A stretch of 64,000 nt of DNA, from positions 416,001 to 480,000 of the forward strand of contig CAVXTP010000006.1 in NCBI GenBank assembly GCA_963764715.1. The letters are read 5' to 3'. Origin of the DNA: an uncultured Acidobacteriota bacterium (lineage in GTDB: Bacteria; Acidobacteriota; Thermoanaerobaculia; UBA5066; Gp7-AA6). Both the position numbers and the translations under genes were made by a program. Of the stretch, positions 27,530 to 39,293 are shown in pieces. Position 1 is the first letter of the stretch, and each line of letters begins with the position of its first letter. Under the pieces are notes generated by a model that did no database searches, was not told the origin of the DNA, and saw only the letters and a list, made by a program, of their open reading frames with translations.

Positions 27530-28252
27530 ATGAGCGGGCAGTCGCTCGAGGGCAAGGTCGCGCTGATCACGGGGGGATCCTCGGGTCTCGGCCGGGCCTT
27601 CGCCCGGGCCCTCGCCTCCGCCGGCGTCAAGGTCTTCCTCGTCGCCCGGCGCGAGGAGAAGCTGCGCGAGGTCGCGCGGGAGATCGCTGACGCGGGCGGC
27701 GAGGCCGCGTACCACGTCCTCGACGTGCGCAGCGTGCCGGCCCTCTACGACGCCGTCGACGTGCTGCTCGCGCGCTTCCGCCGGCTCGACATCCTGATCA
27801 ACAACGCCGGCCTCGGGTATCGCGCGCCGCTGCTCGAGGCCAAGCGCTCCGAGATCGCGGCCATGCTCGAGACGGACCTCGCCGCCGCGATCTACCTGTC
27901 GCAGGCCTCTCTGCACGCCCTGCTGCGGAGCGCCCCTTCGGACATCGTGAACATCTCGTCGATCGCGGGCCTCGAGGGCTTCGCCGAAGGCACGGTCTAC
28001 TGCGCCGCGAAGGCGGGGCTCGTCGGCTTCAGCCGGGCGCTCGCCGCCGAGCTGAAGCCGGCCAACATCCGCGTCACGGCGATCTGCCCGGGCTCGGTCG
28101 ACACCGATTTCTTCGAGGACCGGTACCGGCCGACGCTCGACCGCCCCCAGATGCTCACCGTCGACGACGTCGTGGGCGCGCTCCTTTTCGTTCTGACTTC
28201 CCCGCCCAACGTGCTGCACGGCGAAATCGTCCTGCGGCCCCGCCGGGTCTGA
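27530..28252 (+). CDS. SDR-family oxidoreductase
   Basis: TGGSSGLG, NNAG, YCAAK. Confidence 0.92.
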   Translation: MSGQSLEGKVALITGGSSGLGRAFARALASAGVKVFLVARREEKLREVAREIADAGGEAAYHVLDVRSVPALYDAVDVLLARFRRLDILINNAGLGYRAPLLEAKRSEIAAMLETDLAAAIYLSQASLHALLRSAPSDIVNISSIAGLEGFAEGTVYCAAKAGLVGFSRALAAELKPANIRVTAICPGSVDTDFFEDRYRPTLDRPQMLTVDDVVGALLFVLTSPPNVLHGEIVLRPRRV

Positions 28253-28260
28253 GGGAGCCG

Positions 28261-28944
28261 ATGCCCTCGATTCTCCTGGTCGACGACGCCGGGCTTTTCC
28301 GCGGGGCATCCGAAGAGATCCTGAGACGCACCGGCTGCCAGACGCTCGAGGCCGCCGGCGGGACCGAGGCGCTCGACGTCGCCCGCCGCGAGCGGCCGGC
28401 CCTGATCGTCGTGAGCGCCGGGATGCACGGGATGACCGGCGTCGATCTCGCGCGGGTGCTCAAGGCGGATCCGGCCTTCTCGCGCACTCCCATCGTGCTC
28501 GTCGGCCCTCCCGGGACCGAGCCGGCGGAGGCGGGCGCCGACGCCACGCTTCCGCTCCCGCTCGACCCCGAAGCCTTCTTCGCCGCGCTGCGGAGGTTTC
28601 TCGAGGTCCTGCCCCGCGACGAGGCCCGGTCGGCCGTCGAGTGGTCGATCACTTTCTGGCGCGACGGCGCCCAGCACACCGGCACGATCCGCGACCTCTC
28701 GCGCGGAGGGTTCTTCGTGCGGACCGCCGCCCGCCAGCCGCTCGGGGCCCGGCTCGAAGTCTCGTTCGACGTTCCCGTCGAGCACGGCGTGCGGACGATC
28801 GTGGCCGAAGCGCTCGTCGTCCGCGTCGGCAAGGAGCCGGATCGCGGCCTCGGCTGCCGCTTTTTCCAGCTCTCCGCGGCCTCCAAGGGCCACCTCGAGG
28901 AGTGCCTGCGGATCCTCGCGCTCGGCGATGCGGCCGGGGTCTGA
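28261..28944 (+). CDS. Atypical receiver domain plus PilZ domain protein
   Basis: ILLVDD receiver start; PilZ RDEAR and DLSRGG motifs. Confidence 0.8.
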   Translation: MPSILLVDDAGLFRGASEEILRRTGCQTLEAAGGTEALDVARRERPALIVVSAGMHGMTGVDLARVLKADPAFSRTPIVLVGPPGTEPAEAGADATLPLPLDPEAFFAALRRFLEVLPRDEARSAVEWSITFWRDGAQHTGTIRDLSRGGFFVRTAARQPLGARLEVSFDVPVEHGVRTIVAEALVVRVGKEPDRGLGCRFFQLSAASKGHLEECLRILALGDAAGV

Positions 28945-29004
28945 CGTGAATTTCCGGAGCTCCCGAAGACCGACTTCGAAGCCCGGAAATTCAGGTCTGA
29001 CCCC
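28936..29004. repeat. 69-bp palindromic REP/MITE-like element
   Basis: Terminal inverted repeats GGGGTCTGACGTGAATTTCCGG and CCGGAAATTCAGGTCTGACCCC. Confidence 0.7.
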
Positions 29005-29030
29005 AATCCGAACGACGACCGCGCTGGCCG

Positions 29031-29465
29031 CTACGCCTTGCCCGACAGGTCCGTGAGCTCGATGCCCGCGTTCCGGGCGACCTGGAGCGACCGCTCGTCC
29101 CGGTAGAACTCGCCGTAGTACACGCGCGAGAGGCCGGAGTTGGCGATGAGCTTGAAGCAGGGCCAGCACGGGCTCGCCGTCGTGTAGATCTCGGCGCCGT
29201 CGATCGAGACGCCGTTCTTGGCGGCCTGGATGATCGCGTTGGCCTCGGCGTGCACGGTCGCGACGCAGTGCCCGTCCTCCATCGTGCATCCGACGTCCGA
29301 GCAGTGCGGCAGGCCCCGGATGGAGCCGTTGTAGCCGGTCGAGAGGATGGTCTTCGCGCGCACGATGACGGCGCCGACGTGCTTGCGAGGACAGGTCGAG
29401 CGGGTCGCGACCTGCCGCGCGATGTTCATGAAATACGTGTGCCAGTCGACGCGGGTATCCGTCAC
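29031..29465 (-). CDS. dCMP deaminase family protein
   Basis: RSTC, TGYNG, HAEANA, SPCWPC. Confidence 0.9.
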   Translation of the reverse strand: MTDTRVDWHTYFMNIARQVATRSTCPRKHVGAVIVRAKTILSTGYNGSIRGLPHCSDVGCTMEDGHCVATVHAEANAIIQAAKNGVSIDGAEIYTTASPCWPCFKLIANSGLSRVYYGEFYRDERSLQVARNAGIELTDLSGKA

Positions 29466-29566
29466 GGGGGGCGATTATGGCAGAGGGGTCAAGGGGATCC
29501 CCGCCGTTGCCGAACGCACCCCGACAGGTCACGGCGGACGGACGGGCCCTGTGCCACAATCGCCGC

Positions 29567-30787
29567 GTGGACCAGCGCCGCGTCGTCATCACCGGATTGG
29601 GGGCCGTCACGTCGATCGGCGGGACGCTCGCGGACTTCTGGAAGAACCTCCTCTCGGGCGCCTGCGGCATCCGCCCGTTTTCCCTGTTCGACGCCGCGTC
29701 CTACCGGACCCAGACGGCGGCGCAGGTCGACGAGATCCCGGACGGGTTCCTGACGCCGGCCGAGCGCCGGCGCATGTCGCGGGCGGACCGGATGGGCGTG
29801 GCCGCGGCGCGCGAGGCGATCGCGGCTTCGGGCCTCGACCTGGGGTCCGAGGACCCGTCGCGCATCGGCGTGATCCTCGGCGGCGGGACCTCGGGGCTCA
29901 TCGACTCGGAGGCCTTCTTCGAGCTCTACCTGCGCGGGCGCAAAGCGCGTCCCTCGAAGGTCCTCAACCACCTGCCGGATTCGATCACCGACCGCGTCGC
30001 GCAGCGCTTCGGCCTCGAGGGCATCAAGTCGACGATCACGACGGCCTGCTCCTCCTCGGCCAACGCCCTGGGATACGCCTTCGACGCGATCTCGGCCGGC
30101 CTCGCCGACGTCGTCGTGACGGGAGGCTCGGACGTGCTGGCGCGGCTGACCTACGGCGGCTTCAACTCGCTGCGCTCGGTGGACCCGGACCCGTGCCGGC
30201 CCTTCGACCGCGAGCGCAGGGGCCTCTCGATCGGAGAGTCCGCCGGCATCCTCGTCTTCGAGGAGGAAGGCCGCGCGCGCCGGCGGGGCGCGCCGGTCGT
30301 CGCGGAGTTCCGCGGCTACGGCGTGACCTCGGACGCGTACCACATGACGGCGCCGGATCCGTCGGGCACGGCCGGCGGGCGCACGATCCGGGCCGCGCTC
30401 AGGAACGCGGGCCTCAACGCCGAGGACGTCGACTACGTCAACGCGCACGGCACGGCGACGCCCCAGAACGACTCGGCCGAGACCTCCGCGCTGAAGGCCG
30501 CCCTCGGGGACCGCGCCCGGAGGATCCCCGTCTCGTCGATCAAATCGATGATCGGGCACTGCCTCTGCGCCTCGGGCGCGATCGAGGCCGTCGCCACCGC
30601 GCTGACCGTGCGCGACGGGCGGGTCCCTCCCACGATCCACTACGAGAACCCGGACCCGGCCTGCGACCTCGACTACGTTCCCAACGCCGCCCGCGAGGTC
30701 GACGTCGAGGTCGCCCTGTCGAACTCCTTCGCGTTCGGCGGCAACAGCTCGGTCGTGGTTCTCTCGCGCTACACCGGCGCGCGGTGA
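29567..30787 (+). CDS. Beta-ketoacyl-ACP synthase (FabF-like) with intact Cys-His-His triad
   Basis: RRVVITGLG, TACSSS, NAHGTAT, KSMIGH, SNSFAFGG. Confidence 0.9.
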   Translation: MDQRRVVITGLGAVTSIGGTLADFWKNLLSGACGIRPFSLFDAASYRTQTAAQVDEIPDGFLTPAERRRMSRADRMGVAAAREAIAASGLDLGSEDPSRIGVILGGGTSGLIDSEAFFELYLRGRKARPSKVLNHLPDSITDRVAQRFGLEGIKSTITTACSSSANALGYAFDAISAGLADVVVTGGSDVLARLTYGGFNSLRSVDPDPCRPFDRERRGLSIGESAGILVFEEEGRARRRGAPVVAEFRGYGVTSDAYHMTAPDPSGTAGGRTIRAALRNAGLNAEDVDYVNAHGTATPQNDSAETSALKAALGDRARRIPVSSIKSMIGHCLCASGAIEAVATALTVRDGRVPPTIHYENPDPACDLDYVPNAAREVDVEVALSNSFAFGGNSSVVVLSRYTGAR

Positions 30788-31893
30788 TGGGGGGCCGGGG
30801 CCTCGTCACCGGGACCGGCGCGGTCTCGCCGCTCGGGCGCAGCGCACCCGACTTCTATCGCCGGCTGACGGCCGGGGACAGCGCGATCCGCCCGCTGGAC
30901 GCGGCGAGCCGGGGCGACATGCAGGCGACCCACGCCGCGCGCTACGAGGGCTTCTCGCCCCAGCCCGAGATCCCCGCGATGAAGGCCCGGCGCCTCGACC
31001 GCGGGAGCCAGTTCGCGCTCATCGCCTGCGCCCAGGCGATCGCCGAGGCCGGCTGGGCGGTCGCGGAGGATCCGGAAGGAATCGGGATCGCCATGGGAAC
31101 GGGCTCCGCGGGCGCCGGCGCGTTGACCGAGTTCCTCCGGGTGCTGATCCTGGAGTCGCCCGAGGCGGCCCCGCCGTTTCATTTCCCCAACACGGTCGCC
31201 AACGCGCCGGCCTCCCAGGTCTCGATCGAGCTCAAGATCTTCGGCCCGAACGTGACGATCACCCAGAAGGACCCGTCCGCGCTCAACGCCCTGCTCTTCT
31301 CGACCCTGGCCCTGGCGTCGGGACGGGCGCGCGCCATGCTCGCCGGCGCCGTCGACGAGTGGAACGCCTTCTACGCGATGGGATTCGACCGGGTCGGGGC
31401 GCTCCGCGGGGAGAAGCGAGTTTCCGGCATCGTCCAGGGGGAGGGGGCGTTCGTGCTCCTTCTCGAGGAGGAGGCCGCCGCGCGGGCCCGAGGCGCGAAG
31501 GGCCTGGCGCGGCTGGCGGGCATCGCGACCGCCGGGGTGGCCTCCGAGCCGTACCGCTTCGCGCCGGACCCCGCGGCGATGGAGCGCGCCATCCGCGGCG
31601 CGCTCGGCGACGCGGGCGCCGCGCCGGAAAGCGTCGACCTCTGGCTCTCCTCGCGCGACGGCATCGCCGAGATGGACCGCGCCGAGGCGCAGGCGATGGG
31701 CACGGTCTTCGGCGGGCGCCCGCCGCGGGAGCTCTCCGTCAAGGACGCGATCGGCGAGATGGCCGCGGCCGGAGGGGCGCAGCTCGTGGCCGCCGCGCGG
31801 GCCGTCGCCGCGGGGGACGCGAGGCGCGCCGTGATCAACTCCTTCGGCGCCGGAGGCAACTTCCTCGCCGCCGTGATGGAATCCGCGGCATGA
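30787..31893 (+). CDS. Catalytically degenerate ketosynthase, chain-length-factor-like
   Basis: KS fold (GEGA, NSFGAGG) but TITQKDPS at the Cys site and no catalytic His residues. Confidence 0.75.
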   Translation: MGGRGLVTGTGAVSPLGRSAPDFYRRLTAGDSAIRPLDAASRGDMQATHAARYEGFSPQPEIPAMKARRLDRGSQFALIACAQAIAEAGWAVAEDPEGIGIAMGTGSAGAGALTEFLRVLILESPEAAPPFHFPNTVANAPASQVSIELKIFGPNVTITQKDPSALNALLFSTLALASGRARAMLAGAVDEWNAFYAMGFDRVGALRGEKRVSGIVQGEGAFVLLLEEEAAARARGAKGLARLAGIATAGVASEPYRFAPDPAAMERAIRGALGDAGAAPESVDLWLSSRDGIAEMDRAEAQAMGTVFGGRPPRELSVKDAIGEMAAAGGAQLVAAARAVAAGDARRAVINSFGAGGNFLAAVMESAA

Positions 31894-32357
31894 CGGCCTC
31901 CGGACGCAACGCCGAGCCCCTGCGCGGCCTGACGATCGACCTCCCCGTGCGCTTCGCCGAGTGCGACCCCTACGGGGTCGTGTGGCACGGCCACTACGTC
32001 CTCTACTTCGAGCACGCCCGCGAGGCCCTGACCGGCCGCTTCGGCTTCTCGGCCGCGCGCGCCCTGGAGATGGGCTACCGGGTGCCGGTGACGCGCATGG
32101 AGCTTCGCTACCGGGCCCCCGCGCGCCCCGACCAGACGATCCGGGTCACCGCGCGGCTGCGGTCGCCGAGCGTCGCGCGGCTCGTCATGGACTACGAGGT
32201 GCGGAGCGAGACCGGTGACCTCCTCGTCTCGGGAGAGACCGAGCAGGTCGTCGTCAACGCCTCGGGCGAGCTGCTGCTGACGCTTCCCGCCGGCCTGCGG
32301 TCGCTCTGCGCCTCGATCCTCGCGTTCCAGGACGAGGTCGACGCCGGGATCCGCTGA
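31890..32357 (+). CDS. Hot-dog acyl-thioesterase (4HBT/YbgC family)
   Basis: VRFAECDPYGVVWHGHYVLYFEHAR; ATGA overlap. Confidence 0.88.
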   Translation: MTASGRNAEPLRGLTIDLPVRFAECDPYGVVWHGHYVLYFEHAREALTGRFGFSAARALEMGYRVPVTRMELRYRAPARPDQTIRVTARLRSPSVARLVMDYEVRSETGDLLVSGETEQVVVNASGELLLTLPAGLRSLCASILAFQDEVDAGIR

Positions 32358-32364
32358 GCGGGGC

Positions 32365-33509
32365 CTAGCCCCGCCGGCCCCGTTCCCGCCGGAGGTACCG
32401 GTAATCCGGGATCCCGAACTCCTTGAGCTTGGCGATCAGGGAGCCGCGGGAGATGTTGAGGATCTGCGCGCCGCGGCTCTGGTTGCCCTCGACCCGCCGC
32501 ATCGCGCGGTCGATGACCTCGCGCTCGACGGTCTCGACGATCTTCTTGAGGTCGTCCGTCTGGCGCAGCACGGTCTCGGCGAGGGTCGCCTCGGCCGCCG
32601 GCGACGGCGGAGCGGGGACCTCGACGGCCGGACGCGGGCCGGCCTCGCCCGGCTCCGGAGCGCCCACTCCGGCGAACGCGATGCCGGCGACCTGCACGAG
32701 CTCTTCGAGGAAGAGCACGGCCCGGGCCGCCAGCCGCGGCGTCTCGCGCACGAGGATGCCCGCACAGCCCGCGCCGTCCTGCGCCGGCTCGATGATCAGC
32801 ATCAGCGGGCCCGTCACCGTTTCGGCGCGGGCGAGACGCTCGCCCGCGCGCAGGTCCTGCGCCATCCGGGGCGGGAGAGCCGGGTTTTCGCGAAACGTCG
32901 AAGCCAGGGCGCGGAAGCCCACGGCCGGGGAAAACTCGCCGATGGCCCACTCCGAGGGCGGCAGCTCCCGGTCGAGAAAGTCCGTCAGCTCCGTGGCGAG
33001 GTCTTCCGCCGAGCGCGCCTCGCGGCAGATGCGGAACGCCGAGAGACGCATCCCGCGGTACTCGACCTCGGTGACCGGAAGGCTCGCCGGCGCGGCGGCC
33101 TGGGCCTGGACGGAGTCTGCGCCGGCGCCGGTGCCTGCGGCGGAGGAGCGGCCGCGGAGGGAGGCGAGGCGAGATCCCCCGTGGGCAGCTCGCCGACCGG
33201 CGTCGGGCGCATCGCCGTCGAGGCCTCGACGACCGTGATGGTGGCCTCGCCGATCGCGATCCGGTCGCCCACCGTGATCTGGCCGCCGAAGAAGTCGCGA
33301 CCGTTGACCTGGACGGTCTCGATCCCCTTGAAGAGGTCGAGGTGATAGCTGCCGTCGCGCTCGAAGAGCCGCATGTGGCGGCCGTAGACGCCGCGCGCGC
33401 GAACGACGATTTCGTTTCCGGACGACGCGCCAACCGTCGCGCTGGCGCCCGCAATGCGATGCATTTCGGCGCTCGTGCCCGGACGCCGACGAACTTCGAC
33501 TGTCAACAT
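32365..33509 (-). CDS. FHA domain plus Fis-type HTH protein, frameshift near 33120
   Basis: FHA-like N-terminus, Pro/Ala linker, C-terminal EREVIDRAM...GNQSRGAQILNISRGSLIAKL. Confidence 0.7.
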
Positions 33510-33629
33510 GACCGGAAGGCCCCCTACGGGAGAAACCTTACACAGTTCCTGAGCGCGAGCGCAACACTTGTCCGTGCCGGAAGTGTCCGACTCCCGGTCA
33601 TTTCCGCTTCGTTTGATCGATTCGCGCGG

Positions 33630-35300
<1,671 letters not shown>

Positions 35301-35349
35301 GTGTGCCGGCATCGTAGCAACACCGGCGGTCACGGCCGACGGCGGCGCG

Positions 35350-35433
35350 AGGAGGCGGGAGGCAGGACGCAGGAGGCAGGACCGCTCGATTCGGCGTCGT
35401 CCTGCCGCCTGCCGTCCCGTCGCCTGCCTCCTA
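35350..35433. repeat. Inverted heptamer tandem arrays
   Basis: GGAGGCGGGAGGCAGGACGCAGGAGGCAGGAC ... GTCCTGCCGCCTGCCGTCCCGTCGCCTGCCTCC. Confidence 0.7.
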
Positions 35434-35511
35434 CCGGTTATTGGGGTCCCCCGCCCCATCGGCCCCAATCTCTTGTGGCGGCGACTCCGGCGCTTTGCTA
35501 CATTGCCCTCA

Positions 35512-38500
35512 ATGCTCCGCTTAAAACGGGTCGAGATCGCCGGCTTCAAGTCTTTCTACGAGAAGGTGGATCTGGCCTTTCCGGGCTCGGTCACGGCGGT
35601 CGTCGGCCCCAACGGTTGCGGCAAGTCGAACATCAGCGACGCCGTCGCCTGGGCCCTGGGCGAGCAGAGCGCCCGGGTGCTGCGCGGGCGAAAAGATGGA
35701 CGACGTCATCTTCAACGGCTCGGCCAAGCGCCGGCCGCTCGGAATGGCCGAGGTCGTCCTGACGCTCGCCGCCTCCAACGGCGACTCCGAGAAGGGCGAC
35801 GCCGAGGGCGAGCTGCGCGTGGGCCGCCGCGTCTACCGCGACGGCGAGGGCGAGTACTTCCTGAACGACAAGCAGGTCCGCCTGCGCGACATCCAGGACC
35901 AGCTGCTCGGCACCGGCCTCGGCGTGCGCGCGTACTCCGTGATCGAGCAGGGGCGGATCGACCAGGTCCTCTCGACCAAGCCCCAGGACCGGCGGCGCCT
36001 GATCGAGGAGGCCGCCGGGATCACCAAGTACAAGCTCAAGAAGCGGCTCGCCGAGACGAAGCTCGAGGAGACGAAGGGCAACCTCCTCCGGCTCTCCGAC
36101 ATCATCGGCGAGATCGAGAAGAACGTCGCGTCCCTGAAGCGCCAGGCCTCGCGCGCCGCGCGCTACAAGGAGCAGACCGAGATCCTCCGCCAGCGGAAGG
36201 CCTCGCTGACGCGGGCCCGCGGCGACGTGCTCCGCGAGGCGCTGACGACGGGCGAGAAGCTGCGCGACGAGCGGCGCGACCGCGAGGCGGAGGCCGCTGC
36301 CGTGCTGGCGCGGGCCGAGTCGGCCCTCGCCCAGGCGCGGCTGGAGGCCGGCGACGCGTCGGCGCGGCGGGACGCGCTGCGCGAAGCGCTCGCCTCGCTC
36401 GAGGCCTCGATCGCGCGGGACGACGCCCTCCTCGACGCGAACAAGCGCGCGACGCTCGACCTCGCCGCGCGGCGCGGCGGCGCTCGAGCGCGAAGGCCGC
36501 GACTTCTCCTCGGAGCAGACGCGGGCGGCCCGCGACCTCGCCGACCTGCAGGAACGGCTGGAACGCACGGTGGCCGAGGCGCGGGCGAAGTCGCTCGCGC
36601 GCGAGGAGGCCGACCGCCTCGCCTCGGAGGCCGACGCGGCCTGCGCCGCGCTCGAGCGGGAGCTCGAGGAGACGCGGACCCGCGCCCTGAACGCCGCCGG
36701 GGAGCGCGTCGCGGCCCGCAACGCCCGCCACGAGGTGGACCTCGCCGCCGAGCGGATCGCGGCGTCGCTTTCGCGCCTGGCGGAAACCGGCGCCCGCATC
36801 GCCGAGGATCTCGCGGGTCGCGAGCGCGAAGCGAACGAGGCCGAGCGGGAAGCCGCGCGCCTGCGGGCGGCGGCCGCGGACGCGACGGCCCGGGTCACGG
36901 CGATCGACGAGGAGCTCGCCCGGCTCTCGGCCCGGCTCACCGAGGCCGAAGCGGGGCGCGACGAAGCGCACGCGGCGGCCGGCGCCGTGGAGCACCGGCT
37001 CGCGGCGCTTCTCGAGACCCTCCGCGCGCGGGAGACGAGCGTCAACGAGGTCCGCCAGGCCCTCCGGGGCGCGGGCCTCTCGGAGCACGGCGCCCTGTCC
37101 GACCGGATCCGGCCGCGCGCCGGCTGGGAGGACGCCGTCGGCCTGGTGCTCGGAAACGACTCGGACGCCCTGCTCGCTTCGGGCGACGTGCGGCGGGCGG
37201 TCGACGCGATGCGTCGCCTCTCTTCCGGCCGCATGATCCGGTCCGAGTGGCGTCACGAGACGCGCGCCGAGACGCCGGCCCGCTCGTTCGGGTGGGACGC
37301 CGTGCTCGACGGCCACGCCGCGCTCTCTCCGGCCGAGCGCGCCGCGCTCCCCCGCACGGCGTTCGTCGAGAGCCTGGACGACGCCCTCGCGTTGTCCGAG
37401 ACGCACCCGGGCACGACCTTCGTGACGCGCCAGCGGGAGGTCGTCCGCGGTCCCGTGGTGCGCGTCGCGGGCCCCGCCGCGGAGGCGACGGGCCTCTTCG
37501 CGCTCCGGCGCGAGCAGGAGACGCTGACACGGCGCCTTCACGAGGCGCGGGAGGCCCTGGCGGGCGCGGAGCGTCGGCTCGAGGAGCTCCGCGGCCAGCG
37601 CCTCGCGCGCGAGGCCGAGCGCCCCGTTCTGCGCGAGGCGGAGCGCGAGGCGGAGGGCGCCTGGAGCGCCTTCGCCGCGCGACTCGAGGAACGCCTCGGC
37701 GAGCGCGACCGGCTCCGCCGCGAGCACGAGACGCTGACCGCCGAGAAGGCCGCCCTCTCCGGAGAGGCCGCGGGTCTCCAGACCCGGCGCCTCGCCCTCG
37801 AGGCGGAAGAACAGCGCCTGGCGCAGGCCGAGGACGGCGCGCACCAGCGGATCGGCGCCCTTTCGGCGTCCCTCTCGGAGGCCCGCGCGAACGCGCAGTC
37901 GCGGGGCGACGAGCTCGCTCACCGCCGCACCGAAGCCGAGGTCGCGGCCGAGCGGCGCCGCTCGATGGAAGCCGCCCGCGACACGCTCCGCGAGACGCAC
38001 TCGACGCTCGAACGCCGGCTCGCCGAGGCCACCGAGGAGGAAGCCCGGATCGCGACCCGCGCGGCCGAGCTGACGCACGAGGAAGCCGAGGCCCGGGCCC
38101 GCCAGACGTCGAACCTCGGGGCGCGCGAGACGCAGGCCGTCGCGCACGCCGAGGCCGTCGAGACGGCGCGGGAGATCGTCGCGCGCGTCGAGAGCGCCGA
38201 GGCCGCGACCCGGACCGACCGGGCGGCCCTCGACGCGGCCCGCGAGTCCCGCTTCGAGGCCGAGGTGACGGCCACGCGCGCCGCCTCGGACCTCGAGCAC
38301 CTGGTCGCCCAGTGCCAGGAGGAGTTCGGCGTCGAACCCGAGGCCCTCGAACCGCCCGCGGACGCCTCGCCGGAAGGCCTGGCGGCCCTCGAAACGGAGG
38401 TCGCCGAGCTCGCCGCCTCGATCGAACGTCTCGGTCCCGTCAACGTGCTCGCCTTCGAGGAGCACAAGGAGATGTCCGAGCGCCTGGTCTTCCTGACGAC

Positions 38501-39023
38501 CCAGCGCGACGACCTCCTCAAGTCGATCGCCGAGCTCCAGGAGTCGATCCGCAAGATCAACGCGACCTCGTCCGAGCGGTTCGCCGAGGCGTTCCACGCC
38601 ATCAACGAGAACTTCAAGGCGATGTTCGCCCGCCTCTTCCAGGGCGGCTCGGCCGAGATGAAGCTGCTCGACGAGACCGACGTGCTCGAATCGGGAATCG
38701 AGATCGACGCTCACCCGCCGGGCAAGCGCAACCAGTCGATCCTGCTGCTGTCGGGCGGCGAGAAGGCCCTGACGGCGATCGCCCTCCTGATGGCGATCTT
38801 CCGTTACAAGCCCTCGCCCTTCTGCATCCTGGACGAGGTGGACGCACCGCTCGACGAGGCCAACATCGACCGCTTCACCCGGCTGCTGCGCGAGATGACC
38901 GAGGAGACCCAGTTCATCGCCATCACCCACAACAAGCGGACGATGGAGACCGCCGACGTCATGTACGGCGTGACCATGGAGGAGCCCGGCTGTTCCAAGA
39001 TCGTTTCCGTCAAGTTCGACTAG
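35512..39023 (+). CDS. smc: Chromosome segregation protein SMC, frameshifts near 35688 and 36478
   Basis: [18 protein letters not shown], coiled coil and hinge, [14 protein letters not shown]. Confidence 0.93.
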
Positions 39024-39036
39024 CCGTCTCTGTCAC

Positions 39037-39076
39037 CCTGCTTCCTGCCACCTGCCGTCCTGCCTCCTGCCTCCTG
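39037..39076. repeat. Heptamer tandem repeat (CCTGCCT variants)
   Basis: CCTGCTT CCTGCCA CCTGCCG TCCTGCC TCCTGCC TCCTG. Confidence 0.7.
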
Positions 39077-39078
39077 GT

Positions 39079-39107
39079 TTGACGCCCTCCCGCCCTTTCC
39101 GTAAGAT
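39079..39107 (+). promoter_or_regulatory. Sigma70-type promoter of tRNA-Thr
   Basis: TTGACG-N17-TAAGAT. Confidence 0.7.
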
Positions 39108-39126
39108 GCCCCGCTCCGACCCCCGA

Positions 39127-39202
39127 GCCGACGTAGCTCAGTCGGTAGAGCAGCGGTTTCGTAAACCGCAGGTCACCGGTTCAAGTCCGGTCGTCGGCTC
39201 CA
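39127..39202 (+). tRNA. tRNA-Thr(CGT)
   Basis: 76-nt cloverleaf; acceptor GCCGACG/CGTCGGC, anticodon loop TTCGTAA, GGTTCAA T-loop, encoded CCA. Confidence 0.96.
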
Positions 39203-39293
39203 TTTGCCTCTTTTTCCAGATTCGCACGCGCCCGCACCGCGAAAAGTACTGGACTCGCGGTGCCCTGTCGGGAGAGGCTCTCGGGTAACTGTG

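Noticed and set aside
29031-29465. Deaminase as an anti-phage dCTP deaminase
   Set aside because: Short single-domain dCMP deaminase type, without a kinase domain or defence-island context.
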